Positions 55,626 through 64,000 of a stretch of 64,000 nt of DNA are shown in pieces. Each line of letters begins with the position of its first letter. Positions within the stretch are counted from its first letter, which is position 1. The translations under genes and the position numbers were made by a program. This DNA is from Eledone cirrhosa (taxonomy: Eukaryota), in the NCBI GenBank assembly GCA_964016885.1, contig OZ024750.1, forward strand, positions 6,510,001 to 6,574,000, in the 5' to 3' direction. The notes under the pieces are model-generated. The model did not search any database and was not told where the DNA came from. It was given only the letters and a program-made list of their open reading frames with translations.

Positions 55626-55902
55626 ATGTGTGTGTGTCAATATACACACATATATATACATACATATATACATATATGTGTGTGTCAATATACATATATA
55701 CATACATATATACATGTATGTGTGTGTCAATATATATATATATGTGTGTATGTCAATATATATATATATAATTCTGCAACAGATTCAACGCCTTACACAC
55801 ATTTGCTTTAAATGCAACTCACGTAGTATCATGGCCCAAAGCATATCGAGCAAACATATTCGTAGTGTTAAATGCCAATCTTGTATTTCAGTCATCACCA
55901 TA

Positions 55903-56000
<98 letters not shown>

Positions 56001-57040
56001 TGCCTCTCTTTCCCTCTCACTTTCTTTTGAGGATTGAAGCATCCCAGGTATATACTCTTGTTTGTAAGTGGTTGAAAGAAGAAAAGAAAATTAGATTAAG
56101 GCAACACGACTATAGAAGATGTCAGACAGAAAATATATTCAGATAACATAAAAAACAATAATATAACCAACATGCAGATTTTTACATGGATACCGCATCA
56201 GTTCAACAGTTTAGTTCTTTCAACCAATATTTTATTAAGATTTTTGGCATTTTTTAGTCTGTTTGTTGTTCGTGTTTTTGCACTCAAGATTTATTTGCTC
56301 AGTGAAGCGTGGAGAAGAAATAACATGTAAGAGAGTGGAGTAGAGGGTGTAGGGGTAAAAGAAAAAAAATCCTGTAAGAACGATTACTGTAAGGTTAAGC
56401 GAAGCTTGACGTGTCATCTCCGCAGAAAATAGGAGCTGGCAAACTCATCAAGCCCCCACTACCCATTGCTTTTACAGCTATAAACACTGATCTGACACGA
56501 TTTCTGTCAAAGAGTGCGTGGCCAAAGTATTAGTGAAGCTGTTTAATCATGTCTTGGTGACAATTTTAATTCTAGCGTGAAGCAGTTGATGAGAGGAAAA
56601 CAGTAATACCGCAAGGCGGTTTAACCTTCTTCGGACATCATCAATAAGTTTTTTAAACATTAAATGGTGTTTTCTTTACTTTGATTTAAGTACACGCTTT
56701 GATTGATATTCCAAAGCGGTTTGGTTTGAAAGAAAAAAAAAGAAATAGAGAAAGAAATTACGAATATACAAACTGTATTTACTTTCAAAGAAAAATAAAA
56801 TAAAAATATTTCTCCTTGCTTCAAACTTAAGACAAATATTTTCTGATGATGGGAAGCGACCGAAACATTATGAATATCTAGAATCTAGATATCTATCTCT
56901 TCTGCTATTAGTGAATGGACTTATATGTGGTCGCGTGAATAGCTAGAAATAGCAGCAACGTTTTCCTCAAACCCCGTACGAGGACACAATTCACGATATT
57001 GTTTTATGTATGCAAAATATATATATATATATTTAATATA

Positions 57041-57160
57041 TTTCTCCCGAATGAAACAGTTCTAGTCCTGTAGAAGCCTTTCTATATTAAATATTTATCC
57101 TCTGCTTTGTATTGAGTACTTTACTTACTGTGGTTACCCCCGATTGAACCCGGGATAAAC
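57041..57160 (+). mobile_element. Family D (putative PLE 3' end), possibly with the 3' half of a hammerhead
   Basis: Aligns with 29570-29652; GAAACAGTT at 57053-57061, shortly after a TA-rich tract. Confidence 0.55.
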
Positions 57161-57651
57161 TTATGCTAAATGAGAGAGGAAATTGAGTATATATCTTATC
57201 AAATGATTCTAAGGACGTAATTTATAGTTTATATATATATATATATAGTGAAATACATAACTCAAAGGCAACTGACGTACAGGTATATACAGGTGTGAGT
57301 TTATGCTGAAGACTTTTATCAAAGAGCAATACCTTTCTATTCGTTTATTGTCTTTCCTAAAACACTCCCTACCTCTGCGTGTGTAATACTAAACCAAAAA
57401 CAAAAAGCTATCCTATCAATGGAACCCACCACCCTAAACATATAACACACATCTACCCGTAATAAATGAATGGATGAGATATGAGCGAGTGGAAGACAGA
57501 TACAGTGGCGGGGTGGGTTGTGGTTGGTGGTAGAAAATAAATGGAAGGATGATATTCTATAACTACTGTTCCTGGTGTCTTGTAGCTGAATATTTGAATA
57601 ACAAACGAAAATAATACACATACAAACACATAGTTAAGTGTACGGCAGCTC

Positions 57652-57682
<31 letters not shown>

Positions 57683-57775
57683 AATATATAAATAATACAC
57701 ATACATACACACATATATATATATATATGCATACATACACAGAGAGACACACACACACATATATGTGTGTGTATG

Positions 57776-57809
<34 letters not shown>

Positions 57810-57858
57810 CTCCTTTACCTGTTCCAGCCATCCGGCTGAGGCCATGCTGGGGCACCGC

Positions 57859-57862
<4 letters not shown>
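57810..57862 (-). repeat. 53-bp SINE-tail-like fragment between two (TA)n tracts
   Basis: Reverse complement AAGGGCGGTGCCCCAGCATGGCC..TGGAACAGGTAAA resembles 51882-51905 and 62612-62635. Confidence 0.5.
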
Positions 57863-57906
<44 letters not shown>

Positions 57907-57968
57907 CATGTCAAGGAAACTCCAGAGAAACTGGCAACTGAATCAACGGAAATAAATACAAATATATG

Positions 57969-58002
<34 letters not shown>

Positions 58003-58687
58003 TGTATGTATGTATGTATGCATGCATACATACATACATACAAACATACATACATACATACATACATACATACATACATACATACATACATACATACATG
58101 TATGTATGTGTGTATGCATGTATGTATGTGTACCTACGTATATATATATATATATATATAATGTACATTATACGTGTAAAAATGTATATAATATTAGTAT
58201 GTATGTATGTATATATATATGTGTATATGTAAATACAATCACGATTTTTTTTTTTGTAGTTTTTGTTTTATTTTTGGCTTATTCTTCAGTTGAATTATTT
58301 TTTCACTGTTGTAACATTATTTTTGGAGATGCCTCTTCATGTTTCCGTTGTTTCTTGGTGTTGTATCGGGTGTGTTAGGTAGTTTGGCGGTTCCTCTACA
58401 TGATGTCTGCTAAATTGTAAAACACCAGAGCATATGGTTGGTGTGGAGTGTAAGGTGTAAGGTGTAAATATCATATATCCTGTGGGGTAGTGGTGGTAAA
58501 TGAGATCATTGTGGAAAAATTAGTTTTCTCAGGTAAAAAAAAAAAAAATGATAATAATAATAATAATATTACTACGAAGAGTGCTTTGGTTTCTTTGTTT
58601 TGGAACGTATTTCAAACACCTGAGAATAACGGATTAATTAGTGTTACTATATATACATATATGTATGAGAGTGTGTGTGTGAGAGAA

Positions 58688-58721
<34 letters not shown>

Positions 58722-58937
58722 GCCTTTGTTTTATTGTGCAGAAACAATATTGTAAAAGTGCTCAATATATCATGGTGCTATAAGTGTGGGGATTTGTGTG
58801 TTTGAAATTCTATCCCCCCCCCCCCTCTGATTTATCCACACGTTCACACGTGTAAAATCTACTTTATCTTCAGAGTACTCATCTCTCTCTCACTCTCTTT
58901 CTCTCTCTCTCTATCTATCTATCTATCCCTCTCTCTA

Positions 58938-59003
<66 letters not shown>

Positions 59004-59442
59004 CTTTCTTTCTTTCTCCTTCCCACCCACCCTCTCTATATATATATATATTTATCTATCTATCTACCTATCTATCTCTATACCTATCTCTATCTCTTTC
59101 TCTCTCCCACCCCCATCCCCTTTTTCTCTCTCTATCTATCTATCTATGTACCTATCTATCTCTATACCTATCTCAATCTATCTATCTTTCTCTCTCTCTC
59201 ACTCCCCCCTCTCTCTCTCATGCATCGGTGCAGGTATATTAACTATCTTATCTACACGATTAACCTTCCTCACTGATTAACGTATGTATGCACTCTGGGA
59301 TGTAGCATTATAAAATGGTTGTATGGACAATTAAACAACATTTTGCCATAAGACACGCAAATCTAGAGACCAAATCTTCGTTGACAAAAGAGAACCATCT
59401 TTACTATAATGTTTTCTATTGTATGTATAAAGCCATAAATTA

Positions 59443-59608
59443 TGAGGCAAGGAGAAGGTCGATTAAATCAACCCAGTTCTTAACTAGTACTTTATAGTCC
59501 TTTCCTCGACCCAGGGAAGCCGAAAAACAAACTTGATCTCAGCGGAATTTGTAACCAGAACGCAAAGAGCTGAAACAAACAACGCAAAGCATTTTGACGG
59601 ACGCTGAA
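59443..59608 (-). mobile_element. SINE family B, diverged long form
   Basis: GTCGATTAAATCAACCCAG..CTCAGCGGAATTTG..AAAGCATTTTG. Confidence 0.7.
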
Positions 59609-60517
59609 CTGGCGTTCCGTGGATTCGTAAAAGTCCTTTCTTTCTGACCTTCCTGTCTACAACAGAATTTATGGAGATCTCTAGCTGTCATAAAGAAATC
59701 CTAATTATTTGTTTTGATAATTATACTATAATGAGTTTCTGTACAAAATATCAGAACAAACACGGAAAACCAAAGATATAATCAAAATAAACAAGGTTTT
59801 AGTGATACAGTTATCATTGAGAAATAATAAGGTTTGATGTTATCATTTCAGAAATATAGTCGAAATGTTTATTTTTAGACAAATCTGTCCATATAAATAC
59901 TATGAACCTTGACTCCAATTTGACACCAGTAAAAATTGGTTCGTTATAGTGATTGATTTATAAGTCATTTGCAGCCAACCAACCAGTCAGACAGTCAGTG
60001 AGCCGTCTACCAACCCACCAGTCAGTCAATTCTGTCTGTCTTATTATCAAGCTTTAAATCTACATCTATCTCTATCTTTCTACATTTATCTATCCAGCCA
60101 GCCAATCAGCCGGGCATCTATCTGTCCCTGTTCTATTCTAGCCATCCTTCAACATATTCTCTCCAGTCAGGCGGCCATCTATCTCTTCGTCTGCCCAACC
60201 ATTCGACCATTTATCTATCCGTCAATCTATCCTTCTACCCAGCTAGCCAACCAATCACTATTCCTCAGTCTATTCCTCTACCCAGCTAGCTAACCAGTCA
60301 TCTGTCTATTCGTCTATCCATCCATCGATCCATCAATCTGTTTAGCCCCTCATTCAACTATTTACCATCTACCCATCCATCCATCTATCTACCTACCTAC
60401 CTACCTATCTATCTATCTATCTATCTATCTATTTATATACGTGTGTGAGAGTATGTTTATATATATATATGTGTGTATGTGGGTGTGTGTGTGTATGTAA
60501 GTATTAAGTACTTGTGC

Positions 60518-60591
<74 letters not shown>

Positions 60592-60891
60592 CGCCCATTT
60601 CTATCCAACTATATATCTATCTACCTATATCTCAATCTATTTGTTTGTGACTCACTTGATCAGTTTATTTAATCCCCATAAACAAACGTATTTTACGATC
60701 TGTGTTGGGAATGTGTGTTGAGTTTCTGGCAAGAAATCGATCGCAAATATATCTTATCTCCTTTCCTGTAGACAGTTTATTGACCAGATATCTTTTCACC
60801 TACAGATTCTGACACTCTACTTGATAAGTTTCTACTGGAAGCGGAAAAACAACAGATATACATATAACTATAAACACATATAGACACACAT

Positions 60892-60937
<46 letters not shown>

Positions 60938-60998
60938 TCCTTTATATTATTAATTAGATTAATATAAGTATGATTCGTTATTGATGACCATATGTTTC

Positions 60999-61089
<91 letters not shown>

Positions 61090-61328
61090 GAGAGAGAGAG
61101 AGATACTGATACTACTATTAATTCGTATAGTTTGTAGCCAGTTCTATCATTCAAATTCAATATGATCTCTAACCAGTCAGAAATAAATTGAGTGAAAGAC
61201 GAGACGTTCCATAATTTACGTAAATGTTACAAACAAATATTTGTTAAGCTAGATATCCAAATTGTATTCCACGCTAATCCGGGGATCCATCCGAAATTGT
61301 AAAAGATCCATGAGAGCATTATTTTAAT

Positions 61329-61640
61329 AGGGTCGGACGACATGCTTTGCAGCATAGAGTTACAGCCCTTTATGATCTAAGTTCAAATCCCGCCGAGGTT
61401 AACTCATCCTTACGGGGTCAATAAAATAAAGTACCAGTAATGCACTGGGGGTAATTATAAGCCTTGTGCCAAAGGCAGAAACAATTATTTTATTATATTC
61501 ATATATTCAAAGACGATGTTAGACGGCTTGCTTAAATGTTTTGCAGTATTTATTTTGGCTCTCTACGGACTGAGTTCAAAATCTTCTTATAGTCTACCTT
61601 GTGTTTTCATTCGTTTGGGGCTCCATAAATCAAGTTCTAT
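61329..61640 (+). mobile_element. SINE family B short form (61329-61487) plus a diverged copy
   Basis: Two GTTCAAA B-box blocks with the family B body. Confidence 0.8.
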
Positions 61641-62972
61641 TCCAGGGATATAATATTTATAGAAGCTGGGAGAGGGGGGGGGGGGATTACGCCTGTTACA
61701 CCGAATCTCCATGACAGCTACATTAAGAGACCCGACCCATGGGGAAAGCTGGGTCGTTTATACGTTATTTTTATTGTTATTATCATATTTCTATTCTATT
61801 CTATTCCAGCTGACATAAATGCCAAAAAGATACGTTATGTTCTTAATCGGGAATCAAACGCCACAAATGACAATTTCTTCTTTAATATCGTTGATAAAGG
61901 TAAGGATATCAGCTGTTTTTTTTTTTGTATGTATGTTTTTGTTTTGTTTTGGCTATATATGTGTTTGTTACTTTTGTTGTATTATGTTCTAAAGCAAAGA
62001 ACTTCTGTTCATTTTCGTAGAATATTTTATTTTCAGTTCACTTATTTCTTGGCAGTTATACTATAGACATCAACGAAAGAGTTTTGTCACTAACATTACT
62101 AAAACCCATTATATCTGTTTGTACCTTTGATTTTGCCAAAGAGAAACAGACAAACAGAAAAGAGAAATAAAGACAAAATACAAGGAAGATAATTCGTGAC
62201 TTTAACATATCAGAGTTTATCATATTTGCTATTTGTTTCTTTTGTTGTAACCACGGCAGAGAAACATCTTTTATGAATATAATTTTCTTCAGAAGCTGTT
62301 TTTGCTTTAATTGGTTCAGTGGTTTTTATGAATAGGACGGGAAACTTGTGTGTTCATATTGAAATTAGAGCGTGTTTGGATTAGAAGTTTTCATAAATTG
62401 ACCCGCTTCTGTGGAATAACAAATTATTCAGTCCCGGACTAAAGACTAAACGGTACAAATTTAGTTACGCACTTTTACGTTCTGCGTTCGAATTACATCG
62501 AGATCAGCTTCGTCTTTCATCTTTACGTGGCCTTAAGGGTGATAGGCGAAGGCCAAAAAAGTAGCAGTATTACTATTACTTTCTAGAATTGAAATAGTCG
62601 AGTATACTTCAAAGAGCCCCAGCATGACCATTGTCTAAGTTCGAATTAATTCAACTCCGACACGGGAAGAATATTTTCTTCAGTTCTTTAAAATAATAGT
62701 ACATATAGTAATATTGACAAGAGTTCGAAAATTATTTGGTCGGGTGGGGTCACAAAGAAGTGAATCTGAGTTTAAAGTTGGAGATTGACAGTAAGAGTGG
62801 AAGTGTTTGACAGGTGATTGACAGGTGTAACGAGTGAGCTGAAGGTTTTCAGCCGTTATAGTCTCCAAAATGAACAACAGCAAGATTTTTATATAGAAAT
62901 ATATCAAATTAGAAATTTTGAATATCTTTATGATTTACATTAATTACAAAAGTTGTTTAAAATTTTGGTTAC

Positions 62973-63230
62973 ATATATAGATATACTTACGTCACAGAAT
63001 TTTACGTATGTCTATGTATATATATATATATATATATAACAAAGGAATTGTGGTAAGGAACCAGATGGACCATAACGCACCAGAGCACTCAATACTTAGT
63101 GAAGTAGAGTGGGAAATAAGAAAAAGTATGACCCCGACGGCAGAGCTCTGCCGTCGGGGTCATACTTTTTCCAATATATATATATGCGTAGACATGCGTA
63201 AAATTCCGTGACGTAAGTATATCTATATAT
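62973..63230. repeat. Inverted repeat pair (~48-bp arms) enclosing (TA)n and a family C copy
   Basis: 62973-63020 versus the reverse complement of 63181-63230: 4 transition differences. Confidence 0.8.
63037..63171 (-). mobile_element. Family C copy ending in a perfect 52-bp palindrome
   Basis: Homologous to 11971-12112; 63120-63171 is an exact palindrome centred on GAGCTC. Confidence 0.82.
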
Positions 63231-63234
63231 ATAT

Positions 63235-63420
63235 GAAATGTAAACAGAAATAACAACACAATCAGTACTGTATATGGAAGGGATATATTAGGTTAACGCT
63301 TGATATAGCAGGAAGAGGGTCTTAACATTTCGGACGCTAGTCCTTCATCAGAAGAAAGAATGAAAAATAAGATAGATTGAGGGGACGGGCGGGTTGGAAT
63401 TGGAAAAAATACACACAGAT
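63235..63420 (-). mobile_element. Putative PLE pLTR fragment whose 3' end abuts (TA)n
   Basis: Pyrimidine-rich leader, hammerhead, then about 85 nt to a TA tract. Confidence 0.6.
63320..63355 (-). ncRNA. Minimal type I hammerhead ribozyme with one probable CpG-decay mutation
   Basis: TCTT-CTGATGA-A-GGAC-TAGC-GTCC-GAA-ATGT-T-AAGA: 4-bp stem I, 4-bp stem II, stem III ATGT where palindromic ACGT is expected. Confidence 0.75.
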
Positions 63421-63795
63421 AGACAAACAAACAAACAATTGTCATCAGCAACAGATCTCTTGGATGGTAATAGATATACAGAGATACAGAGATACAGACA
63501 TTATAAAAAAGGAAAGATAACCAACAAATTTCAGCCTTTTGCGGTCTATCAGAGAAATTGATCTTTTAGTGGCAGAAGTTATTATCAGCACGAGCTGAGT
63601 TAAATACTGCTTATTATCAAACAAACCATCCGCATTTGATTAAAATGATCGTATCGTATGGTTTCCTTTACGACAGAGCAAGCTAGAACAGCAATAAGAT
63701 GAAATTGTTCCCAATTAACTGGTCATGTTTAGAAACCGTTGTCTACTTATCTACCGAATGTTTGGATTGAAAGTTCCCCCCTCCTCTGTATTTAT

Positions 63796-63881
<86 letters not shown>

Positions 63882-63918
63882 CGCACTCATGCATACATAC
63901 ATATACACATGCATACAT

Positions 63919-63980
<62 letters not shown>

Positions 63981-64000
63981 ATCAAGTTTAATATAGAAAT

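Noticed and set aside
61729-61757. CGACCCA..TGGGTCG hairpin as a Helitron 3' end
   Set aside because: No CTRR terminus follows and there is no second copy.

Overview
AT-rich, microsatellite-saturated eukaryotic DNA that looks intergenic or intronic. The SINE families and (TA)n/(CA)n density resemble an octopod cephalopod genome (inference from recalled repeat consensus sequences, not a database search). I cannot support any intact protein-coding gene; nearly all listed ORFs are translations of simple repeats. The window holds several tRNA-derived SINE families (dozens of copies or fragments), a Tc2-like MITE, a piggyBac-like MITE, decayed transposase and LINE fragments, and several minisatellites. 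The strongest unexplained signal is a set of about 12 short inserts, mostly anchored in (TA)n tracts. They share one architecture: a fixed end joined to (TA)n, variable truncation at the other end, often a fold-back inverted duplication stopping at or next to an internal TA, and a TGAGYRC-like motif near the fixed end. Two carry recognisable minimal type I hammerhead ribozymes (30383-30422 +, 63320-63355 -). The best reading is remnants of several Penelope-like retroelement (PLE) pseudo-LTR families that target (TA)n. PLE hammerheads are established; the junction rule and these families may not be described. All alignments and coordinates were done by eye.
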